Positions 1-9,279 are shown, numbered from the stretch's first letter. The stretch: DNA of 48,873 bases from Gemmatimonadales bacterium (GCA_036566495.1 DATCWE010000043.1:1-48873); one strand, 5' to 3'. Numbers and translations: made by a program. The notes: generated by a model from the letters alone, not told the origin.

Positions 1-570
1 CTGCTGTTGCCCCTCGTGCTTGCGGTGGCTGCCTGGTTCTTCGTCGCGCCCGAGCCGCGCTACGTCCTGCCCTATCTCTGGTCGCTGGTGGCCCTGATTG
101 GCAGCCAGACCTTCGGCCCCAGACTGCTGCTGGCCCCACAGCGGTCCGTCCGCGCCATCCTGGTCGGGGGGGCGCTGCTGGGAATCTCCCCGGTCTTGGT
201 GAGCCCGATTGCCTCGAAGGCGTTGCGCCGGGACGAACCGAATCCGTTGCTGGGCATCATTCGGAACAACTTCAATTGGCCCGGGAGCGACCTGTGGTTC
301 CAGCCCATGGACGGGAGGCCAAAGGTGACGCCCTACCGGACCCGCAGTGGCTTGCTGCTCAATGTGGCCCGGGACCAGTGCTGGGACGCAGCGCTGCCTT
401 GCACACCAAACCCCGCTCCCAACCTGCGGCTACGGGATTCGGCCGACTTGGCCAAGGGGTTCATGGTCGAGGGATCCTGGCAGATGGAAAACTGGCCGCT
501 GAGCTGGCAGCCGAATTTCCTTGCCGCCTGGCGAAAATCCAGGGCCGAGCGGAAGGTGGCCCCACAGTAG
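1..570 (+). CDS. C-terminal fragment of a polytopic membrane protein with a hydrophilic Cys-containing tail (5' end outside window)
   Basis: Frame 1 is open from nt 1 to TAG 568-570. The first ~70 aa are hydrophobic (LVLAVAAWFFV, LVALIGSQ, ILVGGALLGISPVLV). The tail is soluble and contains CWDAALPCTP. Family not recognised with confidence. Confidence 0.5.
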   Translation: MLLPLVLAVAAWFFVAPEPRYVLPYLWSLVALIGSQTFGPRLLLAPQRSVRAILVGGALLGISPVLVSPIASKALRRDEPNPLLGIIRNNFNWPGSDLWFQPMDGRPKVTPYRTRSGLLLNVARDQCWDAALPCTPNPAPNLRLRDSADLAKGFMVEGSWQMENWPLSWQPNFLAAWRKSRAERKVAPQ

Positions 571-608
571 CCGTGGCCGGCCTGCTACCGGAGCGCCGTC
601 CTATGGGC

Positions 609-2216
609 TCAGATCAGTTCTGCAATCCGGATGGCGTTCGCCATCAGCGTAAATGTCAGGTTCTTCGACGGCAAGAACGGGAAACCCGCCCCATCAACGA
701 TGTAGAGATTCTGGAAGTCGTGGCTCCGGCCCGCCGGATCGCAAGTATGCTCCTTCTTGGAGGCCGACATCGGCAAGGTCCCCGCATAATGCACGCTCGC
801 GCCCTTGGGGCGGATCCGGGTCATGCCGGGCGGCACGAAGCAGCCCAGTGCCTTGAGCGCTCGCTTCAGGCTTCGCATGGCCGCGGAGATCTGCCCCGCC
901 TCTGCGGGATCATCCGCATAATGGATCCGGAGCTCGGTCTCGTCGCTGCCATTGATCGGTTGCAGCGTAAGGAAGCTGTCGCTCCGGCGGCTGTCCGACA
1001 GATTGAGGTTGACCACACCCAGGCCCGCCCGGATCCCCCGGAACAGGGCGAGCGCCCCACGAAGGTCCACCGGGAGGCTTTGCACGATCGGATGAATCGA
1101 CGCCGCTTTGAGAGTCGTGATCTGACCGTGCACATAATCCCGCGCCGCCGCGCGTTCGATCCCGATCGCTAGGTGATGGAACTGATAACTGGCCGTTCTG
1201 ACCGGAAGGCCGATCATCCTGGGCGAGAGGAACGGCACATGGACTTGTCGGTTGTCCATCAGGCCAGGCAGGACGCTCGTCTTGCCGGTGCGACGAAAGA
1301 TCGAATCGAGTACGATCTTCGAGCTCGCCAGCGCACCCGCCGCCAGCGCCACGACTTCGCTCTCGAATTCCACTCGGCCCCCGTCGGCCGTCCGGCGGGC
1401 GATCAGCTTGGTAATCCGGCCCAGCTCGTCAAACTCGAAATGCCGCGCCAGCACTCCCGGCACGTACCGGAAGCCCGGCCGGGCAAGACACTCCCGCAGC
1501 GTGGCCACCGGGGTATAGATCGCCTCGACCGGGCAGCCCCACAGACAACGTCCGAGCTGCGTGCAGGCCTGCCGGTCGCCATAGGGCTGACTGAGGGTCG
1601 CGACGCGCGACCGGCCGAGGTAGAAGCCCAGGGAACGGTTGAGCTGCTCGCGCCGGAGGTGATAGCGATCCCAGAGCAGTTGCGAGTGGGGATCCAGCGG
1701 AAGCGGGGTCAGGTACTCGCCGTTCAGCGGAATGAACCGCTCGAGATCGTCGGGCATGCCGCCGACCCCGATGCGGCGGGCCACGCGTGCGTAACAGGGC
1801 TCGAGCTCCGCGTAGCCGAAGGGGAATTCCTCGAGGTCGGCGGAATTGAAGGCGTAGGCACCGGCCGTCCACGCCTCGGCAAACCCGCCGCGCGCGAAGC
1901 TGAACAACGGCTCCATCGAGCTGGCGCGTGCGGCGAATCCTGCTGGAATATCGAAAACGTACTGTTTGCTCGGCGGATGCCCGTAGTAGGAGCCCTGGGG
2001 AGCGGGATAAACGACGCCCTCGCCCCGCTCGCCCAGGAAGTAGGCCACCGGATCGGGCAGCAAGGATTTGAGCTGCTCGAAGCTGGCTTGGGGCAGCACG
2101 GCCGCAGGACGCTGGTTCCCCACATCCAGCATCGTCACCTGGTGGCCGCGCTCCAGGGCGGTCAGCGCGAAGTGAACGCCCGAGGCGCCCGAACCCACCA
2201 GCAGGATGCGGCTCAC
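609..2216 (-). CDS. GMC-family FAD-dependent oxidoreductase
   Basis: GTG at 2216 overlaps the upstream stop (GTGA). It is followed directly by the Rossmann FAD motif ILLVGSGASGVHFALTALERGHQVTMLDVG. The C-terminus is GMC-like (HYAGTLPM ... LYIVDGAGFPFLPSKNLTFTLMANAIRIA). The 5' 134 codons of the 670-aa track ORF are Arg/Ala/Pro-rich and overlap the upstream gene, so I trimmed them. Confidence 0.8.
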   Translation of the reverse strand: MSRILLVGSGASGVHFALTALERGHQVTMLDVGNQRPAAVLPQASFEQLKSLLPDPVAYFLGERGEGVVYPAPQGSYYGHPPSKQYVFDIPAGFAARASSMEPLFSFARGGFAEAWTAGAYAFNSADLEEFPFGYAELEPCYARVARRIGVGGMPDDLERFIPLNGEYLTPLPLDPHSQLLWDRYHLRREQLNRSLGFYLGRSRVATLSQPYGDRQACTQLGRCLWGCPVEAIYTPVATLRECLARPGFRYVPGVLARHFEFDELGRITKLIARRTADGGRVEFESEVVALAAGALASSKIVLDSIFRRTGKTSVLPGLMDNRQVHVPFLSPRMIGLPVRTASYQFHHLAIGIERAAARDYVHGQITTLKAASIHPIVQSLPVDLRGALALFRGIRAGLGVVNLNLSDSRRSDSFLTLQPINGSDETELRIHYADDPAEAGQISAAMRSLKRALKALGCFVPPGMTRIRPKGASVHYAGTLPMSASKKEHTCDPAGRSHDFQNLYIVDGAGFPFLPSKNLTFTLMANAIRIAELI

Positions 2217-2662
2217 CGCTTGCCTCCCAGGACACTCGCGAGGTGCAGCGGCCCGAGCAACAGGATTCCGGCCAGCAAACAGACCCCGCCCGTCAGCAGG
2301 GTGAGCGCCATCCCGACCATGATGGCGGGGCGGGAGCCCTCCACGGCGGAATTGAGCGGAGCGTCGCTGGGCGGGCTGTTCTCCAGAATGGCGAGCAGCA
2401 GGACGAGCCGCTGACGCAGCGGAGCATAGGGCCGGAACATCCTCGCATACGCATCGGCGACGCGGGTCGCCAAGCTCCCCCATCGAGCCACCGACAGCAG
2501 GGCGCGATCGATGAGGAAGTGCGAGGACCCCGCGGGCACCGTGGGCCAGGCCCGCTGATAGCAGGCCAGCACGTAGGCGGAAGGCTCCAGATCCGCCAGG
2601 TACCGGCAAAAGACCCGGCACTCAGCCGCAAGGGGCTCCACAGCCGGCACCGCCTGGGTCAT
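2213..2662 (-). CDS. Hypothetical 149-aa protein with a C-terminal transmembrane helix
   Basis: ATG 2662 overlaps the SDR stop (ATGA), and TGA 2213-2215 overlaps the GMC oxidase GTG (GTGA). The C-terminal hydrophobic stretch is IMVGMALTLLTGGVCLLAGILLLGPL. No recognisable family. Confidence 0.55.
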   Translation of the reverse strand: MTQAVPAVEPLAAECRVFCRYLADLEPSAYVLACYQRAWPTVPAGSSHFLIDRALLSVARWGSLATRVADAYARMFRPYAPLRQRLVLLLAILENSPPSDAPLNSAVEGSRPAIMVGMALTLLTGGVCLLAGILLLGPLHLASVLGGKR

Positions 2663-3570
2663 GCCGGCTGCCGCGCCCCGAGCATTTCTGGGAGGCCCAG
2701 GGTGGGTGCCGGTAGCTTGGCCAGAAACGGGTCCGCCTCCACAACGCTGGGGTTGGCAAACATGGCCAATTGGCCTGCGGTGAACGGCAGCAGGGGAAAG
2801 AGCACCGGCTCCAGCAGCGACAACAGCAGCCTGGTCGGCCTCAGCGGGACATGGACCAAGCCGTGGCGATCCGGCTTCCTGGTGGCGCGCATCTGCAGCA
2901 AGAGCTCCTGGATGCTGAGGATTTCCGGTCCCCCGGCGGCGACCGCGTGCCCGCCCCATTTAGCCAGCCCGAGAGCCGCTTCCAGGAGGAGGGACAGATC
3001 GTCCACGTGCACCGGTTGTACCGCGGCGTGGCCGTCGCCAAAGATCAGCGGAATAGGCAGCAGGGCCAACCGCCGCAAGCTCGCCAGGATGGGGCTGCCG
3101 GGGCCGAGCACGAGGGTTGGGCGCACGATCAGATAGTCGAGGCCGGAGGCAGCTACCAGCGTTTCCGCCGCGGCCTTCGCAGCGGCATAGTGGTAATGCG
3201 GGCGATCGCAATAGACGACCGCGATGCTGCTGACAAAGAGAAAACGCCGCACCGATGCGGCTCGCGCCTGCTCGAGCAGCATCCGGGTCCCTTCGCGATT
3301 CACCTCCCAGTGCGTTCGGCGCGTGGCCTTCCCGGTCGCGGCCGCGAGGTGCACCACCGTATCGCAACCGCGCAGCGCGTCGGACCAGGGCGAGGGATCA
3401 GCGAGCTCCCCCGCGATGACGCGCCAGGCCGGCGGCAGGCCAGCCGCGCTCGCCAACCGGGTCGGATCCCGGGTCAGCAAACGGACGTCGGGGTAGCCTG
3501 CCCGGGCGAGCCGGCCCAACAGCCTCCGCCCGATGAATCCGCTCGCACCGGTCAGGAAGAGCGGAGGCAT
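2659..3570 (-). CDS. NAD(P)-dependent epimerase/dehydratase-family protein (extended SDR)
   Basis: N-terminal glycine-rich motif LFLTGASGFIGRRLL right after ATG 3570. A YxxxK catalytic motif lies in HYHYAAAKAAAE. The track ORF extends 51 codons further 5' without protein-like sequence. Confidence 0.8.
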   Translation of the reverse strand: MPPLFLTGASGFIGRRLLGRLARAGYPDVRLLTRDPTRLASAAGLPPAWRVIAGELADPSPWSDALRGCDTVVHLAAATGKATRRTHWEVNREGTRMLLEQARAASVRRFLFVSSIAVVYCDRPHYHYAAAKAAAETLVAASGLDYLIVRPTLVLGPGSPILASLRRLALLPIPLIFGDGHAAVQPVHVDDLSLLLEAALGLAKWGGHAVAAGGPEILSIQELLLQMRATRKPDRHGLVHVPLRPTRLLLSLLEPVLFPLLPFTAGQLAMFANPSVVEADPFLAKLPAPTLGLPEMLGARQPA

Positions 3571-3596
3571 TGCGATGTGAGCTGCGGGCGAAGAGC

Positions 3597-4442
3597 TCAG
3601 GGAGGGGTGAGGTTCACGGACTCGGATGGTTCGGACACTGCGGGGACCACTCGAGGTGCGGCCGGTCGCGACAGACCCCAGAATTCCAGCCGCAACCGCG
3701 CGATGCCCTTGAGATCGTCCCAAGCCGTCTTGGCGATCTTGACCCGGCTGTCGTCATCCTCTTTCCACTCGACCGGCAAGTCCATGATCCGATAACCCAG
3801 CCGTTCCGCACGCACCAGCAGCTCGGTGTCGAAGAACCACGACTCATCCTCGATCCGGGGTACCACGTCCTGCACCACGTAGCGAGCGATGACCTTGAAG
3901 CCGCACTGCGCGTCGCTGAACGAGGATCGCAGCGAGGCCTTCACGATCAGATTGTAGATGCGAGAAATCACTTCGCGCTTGAAGGAGCGCGTGGTCCGAG
4001 AGCGCGGCAGTAACCGGGAGCCCGTGCCGAGATCATAGCCCTCGTGCAGGACTCCATCGACCAGACGCGGCAGCGCCGCCAGTTCGGTCGAGAGGTCGAC
4101 ATCCATGTAACACAGGATGTCCGCGTCGCTCTGGCTCCAGGCCTGGCGCAAGGCCCGGCCGCGGCCGCGCAGCGGGAGCTGCAGGAACCGTACGTCGGCG
4201 TGCGCCTCCGCCAGCCGCCGGGCGACTTTGTCCGTCCCGTCCACCGAGCCGTTGTCGACGATGACTACCCGCCAGGCCCACTTGGCGTTCTGTGCCAGGA
4301 AGGTCCGCACGGTGCTGACGCTCTGCTCGAGCACGTGCGCCTCATTCAGCACCGGGATCACCACATCCACCAGGATCTGGGAGTCGGCTCTGGGCGCAGG
4401 ACGTACCGGTTTGGTTGTTGCCGCCATAATGCCAGCCCCCAT
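3597..4442 (-). CDS. Family-2 glycosyltransferase, polyprenyl-phosphate sugar synthase-like (Dpm1/ArnC/GtrB type)
   Basis: Motifs VVIPVLNEAHVLEQSV, VIVDNGSVDGTD, DxD in CYMDVDLS, and QCGFK. The start is ambiguous: ATG 4442 or ATG 4427. The track start 4610 adds a non-protein-like leader. Confidence 0.8.
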   Translation of the reverse strand: MGAGIMAATTKPVRPAPRADSQILVDVVIPVLNEAHVLEQSVSTVRTFLAQNAKWAWRVVIVDNGSVDGTDKVARRLAEAHADVRFLQLPLRGRGRALRQAWSQSDADILCYMDVDLSTELAALPRLVDGVLHEGYDLGTGSRLLPRSRTTRSFKREVISRIYNLIVKASLRSSFSDAQCGFKVIARYVVQDVVPRIEDESWFFDTELLVRAERLGYRIMDLPVEWKEDDDSRVKIAKTAWDDLKGIARLRLEFWGLSRPAAPRVVPAVSEPSESVNLTPP

Positions 4443-4624
4443 CAACGCCCGCCCCGGAATATGGTCTGGGAGCAATATCGGGCGCGGCGCGAAGCCAACA
4501 CTTTCTGTGGCGAGGAGGGGCACACGCCACCAGAGGACTGGGTCGCCGCGTCTTCGCAAGTAACGATTTGACAATGCTTTATCCCTCCGGTTGCCGGGAG
4601 GAAAGAGCAAGGTCTATACCACGG

Positions 4625-6145
4625 CTACTCCACCTCGGGAAGTCGCCGCCACGGGTGATGCAGCGCCCAGATGAGCCAGAGAATCGCCCCGCCCAGCACA
4701 AAGAGGGGCAGCGGCGACACCGGCCCCTTGAGCCAAGGAACATACTGAGCCGACATCTTGCCGAGCACGGTAAGCCAGGGGAGCTGAAAGCCTTCCACCA
4801 GCACGCGCTTCACGTTGACGAAGATGGTCCCCTGGTCGCGGACCATGGCCAGGCTCCAGTTGATCACCAGCGAGAGCAGCAGCAGCCCGCCGGTCAGGAG
4901 CCGCGGCAATCGCAATAGCGCGGGAACCGCCGCGAGGAACAGAAACGGAAATAGCGGAGCCAGATAGCGGATTCCGGTGACCCACTGGAGCCGGGTGTAT
5001 TGCACCGTGGAGAAGAAGGCGATCAAGCCCGCGGCAAGGATCAGGCAGAAGACGCTTTCCCGGAAGGGAAGCGGACTCTTCGCTCGCCGGGCGAGCCACG
5101 GTGCCGCCACTGCCAGCAGCGAGACTGGCATGGCGAGCAGCAGCCCGAAGCGCGGATCGATCAGCAGCAGCTTGAACAGCTCCGCGCTCAGCCCTCCCAC
5201 GCCACGGTAGCCGACGTCGATCCAGGGGACCGGCGCCATCCAGTTTTGGGGCGGCAGGAAGGGATTTCCGAAGCTGGCCCATTGATACTGCCACAGCAGC
5301 AGGACCCCCGGAACCGCGCCCGCCGCGTACCAGAGGCTTTGCCGCAATCCGCCCCGGAACCCCAGGTCCTCGGCGTGACGCCACCAGGCGTAGAGGCCGA
5401 GCAGGAGCAAAAGCACCGCACCGCTGTAATCACAAAGCAGGGCCAGGCCACCCAGCAGGCCGGCGAGCAGACTGCGCGACCGTACGCTCCAGGCGACCAG
5501 TCCGCCGGGATTCCAGAGCAGCACGAAAGCGAAGAAGGCGAAGATCCCGAGCGCCAGATTCTGATTGAGGTAGGCGGTACGGAAGAACACCGGTGTGGCA
5601 AACGCGTAGGCCAGGGAAAAGCCGAGCGCGGCTCGTCGCCCCAGGCCCAGCGCGCCCAGCAGACTGTGCATCAGCACCACGCTCGCGGCAGAGAGCGGGG
5701 CCATGCAGAACACCATGGTGATCGCGGCCACCAACCCGAAACGCAGATCGAGTCCCGCCCGCCTGATCTTGTGATAGAACTCGACCCGGCGGGGCCGGTC
5801 GTCACGGTACACGACGCTGCTGTCCCCCTCTGCGGGCCGCGTTGCCAGCTCGCGCCGCACCAGGTAGTCCACGGCCGGCCGCAACACGAAATAGGGGATC
5901 GCCGCTACCATCGAGATGCCCGGGTTGGCGCCATGATGGGCCCCCTGGACCGGCGCTTCCGGCGGATTCTGGAAAATGTCCACGTGCAGCCCGTAATACG
6001 GATCGAGCCGGTAGGCGTGCTGCTCCACGATGCTGACGACCAGGTAGTGCTCGCGAACGAAGTCCGTGGCGAAATGCAGGACATAGACGAGCCAGCAGGA
6101 GAGAAACAGCCTCAGGCGGATGGAAGCGGGCATTGGCACCAACAT
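4625..6145 (-). CDS. Large polytopic membrane protein, putative GT-C-fold (lipid-linked-sugar-dependent) glycosyltransferase
   Basis: 506 aa with many hydrophobic segments throughout. An acidic motif lies near the first loop (FATDFVREHY). It sits directly upstream of a Dpm1-like GT2. The fold assignment is inference only. Confidence 0.5.
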   Translation of the reverse strand: MLVPMPASIRLRLFLSCWLVYVLHFATDFVREHYLVVSIVEQHAYRLDPYYGLHVDIFQNPPEAPVQGAHHGANPGISMVAAIPYFVLRPAVDYLVRRELATRPAEGDSSVVYRDDRPRRVEFYHKIRRAGLDLRFGLVAAITMVFCMAPLSAASVVLMHSLLGALGLGRRAALGFSLAYAFATPVFFRTAYLNQNLALGIFAFFAFVLLWNPGGLVAWSVRSRSLLAGLLGGLALLCDYSGAVLLLLLGLYAWWRHAEDLGFRGGLRQSLWYAAGAVPGVLLLWQYQWASFGNPFLPPQNWMAPVPWIDVGYRGVGGLSAELFKLLLIDPRFGLLLAMPVSLLAVAAPWLARRAKSPLPFRESVFCLILAAGLIAFFSTVQYTRLQWVTGIRYLAPLFPFLFLAAVPALLRLPRLLTGGLLLLSLVINWSLAMVRDQGTIFVNVKRVLVEGFQLPWLTVLGKMSAQYVPWLKGPVSPLPLFVLGGAILWLIWALHHPWRRLPEVE

Positions 6146-6260
6146 ACTGGCTCCGCCGCCGATTCGGAATTCACCGTGCGAGCGATGATTGCGCCCATCG
6201 GCGGCGCGTCCTATCCTCCAGCGCGGGTCCTTCTTTCGCCATCAGGAGCAGGCACAGGGA

Positions 6261-7334
6261 ATGCAAATCGGCATCGTCGGCGCTGGTCTGATCGGGCAGC
6301 TGCGCGCCCGGACCGTACGCGAGCATCCCACCGCGCAACTGGCGGCCGTGCTGGATCCGTCCGCGGACGCGGCCGGGAAAGCCATCGCCGGCTCGGGTGC
6401 GCCGGCCTTCATGGAGCTGGAGGCATTCCTGGACCGCGAGATGGACGCGGTGATCGTCTCCTCTCCGGTCCAGCTGCATGAGGAAGCTTGCCTGGCGGCG
6501 TTGCGGCGCGGTCACCATGTGCTCTGCGAAAAACCGTTGTCCAATTCGGTGGAGTCCTGCCAGCGCATCGTCACGGCGGCCCTCGAGGCGGGTCGGGTGC
6601 TCGCCGTGGGCTTCAATCTTCGTTACTACCCGGCCTTTCGATTCGTGCGGGAAACCGTCGCGAGCGGGGTGATCGGGGAGCTGGATCACCTGCGTGTCTT
6701 CGGGGGCCACGACGGGCTCGCCAATTTCCGCGCCGATTGGCAGTACAGGGCCCCGGTGTCCGGCGGCGGGGCGATGATGGATGTCGGCATTCACATGACC
6801 GACCTGGCGCGCGACCTCCTCGGCGAGATTACCGAGGTGAGTGGCGTGCTCTCCGAGTCGGTCTGGAAGGTGCCCGGGTCGGAGGACAATGCGGTGGCCG
6901 TCCTGCGAAGTCCCAGCGGCATCCCGGCCCACTATCAAGCCACCTGGACGGAGTGGAGGGGCTACCAGTCGTCCATCGAAGCGTACGGGAGCCTCGGCAT
7001 GGTGCGGGGTTCCTACGCTCCCATGCAGAATCTGCTGATCACCCAGGATCGGCCCGGGGGGCCCCGCAAGCGGCGCCGGCACTTGTATCCGGAGATCATG
7101 CTGCGGGAAAAGCTCCGTTCGTGGCAGTCGACGGCCCTGCTCACCTTCGAGGAGGAGTTGCGGGATTTTCTGGCCATGATGGAAGGAAACGTCGGCGTAA
7201 CCCTCGCCGATGGGTATGCCGGCCTGCGAGCCGTGGAAGTGGCCGCCGCGGTCCGCCGCAGCAGCGCCGCCGGCGAGGTCGTCCGGTTGCCGGTGCTCGG
7301 AAGGATGCCCGCCGCAGCGCCGGCCGGCCGCTAA
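6261..7334 (+). CDS. Gfo/Idh/MocA-family NAD(P)-dependent oxidoreductase
   Basis: MQIGIVGAGLIGQLRAR Rossmann start. The EKP motif lies in HVLCEKPLS. AVGFNLRYYP is typical of the family. The purine-rich run CAGGAG...AGGGA ends immediately before ATG 6261. Confidence 0.85.
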   Translation: MQIGIVGAGLIGQLRARTVREHPTAQLAAVLDPSADAAGKAIAGSGAPAFMELEAFLDREMDAVIVSSPVQLHEEACLAALRRGHHVLCEKPLSNSVESCQRIVTAALEAGRVLAVGFNLRYYPAFRFVRETVASGVIGELDHLRVFGGHDGLANFRADWQYRAPVSGGGAMMDVGIHMTDLARDLLGEITEVSGVLSESVWKVPGSEDNAVAVLRSPSGIPAHYQATWTEWRGYQSSIEAYGSLGMVRGSYAPMQNLLITQDRPGGPRKRRRHLYPEIMLREKLRSWQSTALLTFEEELRDFLAMMEGNVGVTLADGYAGLRAVEVAAAVRRSSAAGEVVRLPVLGRMPAAAPAGR

Positions 7335-8227
7335 CGAACTTTCGCGAGCGACCCGCCGGCCCCGAACCAGTAGCCGACGACCTCGCCCCACCCCCAGGCC
7401 AGCAGGAACACGCCGATCAGCGGAAGCGTTCGCAGCACCAGGCCGGGGGCAACTCGCTTGGCGATGAGCCGCTGCAAGGTCCGATAGAGCAGCAGCGGTG
7501 GCAACAGGAAAGCGGCGAGGCCGTAACCGGCTCGCTTGGCTCCGCCTTGCCGCGCCACCCGCGCTCCGGCGTAGGATCGGGCGTAGAGATACCGCTGTGA
7601 CAGGTACTCCGCGAAACCGAAGTGTTTTTTGTGCCCGACCACGATGTCCGGACGACACAGCAGCGGAATCCCATCGGCCTTCATCGCGTCATGCAGCCGG
7701 TTTTCCCAGCCGCCTTCCGCGGTGACGGCGCGATACTTTTCGAGTAGCGCGCGCCGGTAGACGACGTTGTTACCGGGCAGCCATTCCGCGGGGCCGGCGG
7801 GCAAGGGCGGAAGACAGGCGCTGTATTCGCAGAGAAAGGTGGCCCAGTCGAGCAGGCGGTCCCGCGCGGCGTTTTCAATCGGCCCGCCCACGACATCGCC
7901 GCCCTCCCGGAGTGCGCCGAGCAGCCGGGTACCCCAATCGGGCGGCACAATGACATGGTCTTCGATGACGGCGACCGCATCGCCGCGCGCCTGCCGAAAG
8001 GCCAGGTCGCGCATTTGAGGAATGGTGGTTGCGGCTGGCACGCTCAGCAGTGTGACGTGGGGGAAACGCCGCTTGACCGTTTCGGCCACTGCCCCGCCGA
8101 GTCGGTCAACGACCAGGATCTCCACCCGGACTGACTGCCGCAGCCGGTCGGCCGCCTCGAGACAGCCGACCAGATCCCCCAGGCCATTCACCGAGGGGAC
8201 GACGACGGTGAGCTCGGGCGACTCCAT
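7331..8227 (-). CDS. Family-2 glycosyltransferase with C-terminal membrane segments
   Basis: TVVVPSVNGLGDL, ILVVDRLGG, acidic motif VIEDHV, and a C-terminal hydrophobic tail (LAAFLLPPLLLY, LPLIGVFLLAWGW). ATG 8227 overlaps the stop of the upstream epimerase by 1 nt (TGATG). Confidence 0.75.
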   Translation of the reverse strand: MESPELTVVVPSVNGLGDLVGCLEAADRLRQSVRVEILVVDRLGGAVAETVKRRFPHVTLLSVPAATTIPQMRDLAFRQARGDAVAVIEDHVIVPPDWGTRLLGALREGGDVVGGPIENAARDRLLDWATFLCEYSACLPPLPAGPAEWLPGNNVVYRRALLEKYRAVTAEGGWENRLHDAMKADGIPLLCRPDIVVGHKKHFGFAEYLSQRYLYARSYAGARVARQGGAKRAGYGLAAFLLPPLLLYRTLQRLIAKRVAPGLVLRTLPLIGVFLLAWGWGEVVGYWFGAGGSLAKVR

Positions 8228-9237
8228 CAGCGCACCTGGAAGTACTCTTTGTACCACTCCACGAACCGCGCCACGCCATCGCGCACGCTGGTCGCGGGAC
8301 GAAACCCGGTCGCCTGCCGCAGCTCGCTCACTTCGGCATGGGTCGCCACGACGTCGCCGGCCTGCATGGGAAGGAACTCCTTGACCGCGCGCTTCCCGAG
8401 CGTCTGCTCGAGCGCCTCGATGAAGTCCATCAGGTCGATCGGGGCGTCGTTCCCGATGTTGTACAACCGGTAGGGGGCCCGGCTCGTCGCCGGATCGGGG
8501 TGCTCACCCGACCAGTCGGCGGCGGGGCTCGCCGGTACTTCGGCGATGCGTACCACGCCCTCCACGATGTCATCGATATAGGTGAAGTCCCGCCGCAGGC
8601 GTCCGTGGTTGTAGATCTGGATCGGGCGGTCCTCCAGGATGGCCTTGGTGAAGGCGAAGAGCGCCATGTCCGGTCGACCCCAGGGGCCGTAGACGGTGAA
8701 GAAGCGCAGCCCGGTGCAGGACAGCGCGAAGAGATGGCTGTAGGCATGGGCCATCATCTCGTTGGCCTTCTTGGTCGCCGCATAAAGCGAAACCGGATGA
8801 TCGGTGTGATCGTGCACCGAGAGCGGCATGCGGGTATTGGCTCCATACACCGAGCTCGAGGAGGCGAATACCAGGTGCTCCACGCCGGCGTGGCGGCAGC
8901 CTTCCAGCACATTGATGAACCCGGCAAGGTTGCTCTCGACGTACGCGTGCGGATTCTCCAGTGAATAACGCACGCCGGCCTGCGCCGCGAGATGAATCAC
9001 CCGGGGAAAGCGCTCCCCCGCAAACAGTCGTTGCATGGCCGGCTGGTCGGCCACGTCGAGACGCTCGAAGCGGAACCCGGCCGTGCCGGTCAGCCGCGCC
9101 AGCCGCGCCTCTTTCAGCGTGGGGTCGTAGTAGGCGTTGAGGTTGTCGATGCCGGTGACCTCATGGCCCTGACCCAGCAGCCGGGCCGCGACGTGGTACC
9201 CGATGAAGCCGGCCGCACCTGTGACGAGATACCGCAT
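8227..9237 (-). CDS. UDP-glucuronate 4-epimerase (NAD-dependent, CapI/LpsL/WbnF-like)
   Basis: The whole length looks like this family: [44 protein letters not shown] (YxxxK), [27 protein letters not shown]. Confidence 0.85.
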   Translation of the reverse strand: MRYLVTGAAGFIGYHVAARLLGQGHEVTGIDNLNAYYDPTLKEARLARLTGTAGFRFERLDVADQPAMQRLFAGERFPRVIHLAAQAGVRYSLENPHAYVESNLAGFINVLEGCRHAGVEHLVFASSSSVYGANTRMPLSVHDHTDHPVSLYAATKKANEMMAHAYSHLFALSCTGLRFFTVYGPWGRPDMALFAFTKAILEDRPIQIYNHGRLRRDFTYIDDIVEGVVRIAEVPASPAADWSGEHPDPATSRAPYRLYNIGNDAPIDLMDFIEALEQTLGKRAVKEFLPMQAGDVVATHAEVSELRQATGFRPATSVRDGVARFVEWYKEYFQVR

Positions 9238-9279
9238 GCGATGTCCTGTGATCCGCCAGGGAGAAAAGGGAAACTACAC

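Noticed and set aside
566-588. Possible terminator hairpin GTAGC...GCTAC between the convergent genes at 570 and 609
   Set aside because: It has only 5 bp with mismatches around a GGCCGGCC palindrome and no U-tract. That is too weak to call.
6171-7658. 495-aa minus-strand ORF. Similar shadows: 5000-6481 +, 1173-2414 +, 2243-3136 +, 2770-3795 +, 8992-10137 +, 10411-11424 +, 24044-24892 -, 25290-26531 -, 34793-35899 -, 35194-36513 +, 43804-44871 +, 47363-48658 -
   Set aside because: All overlap genes with clear family motifs on the opposite strand or in another frame. All translate to Arg/Pro/Gly/Ala-rich sequence without motifs.
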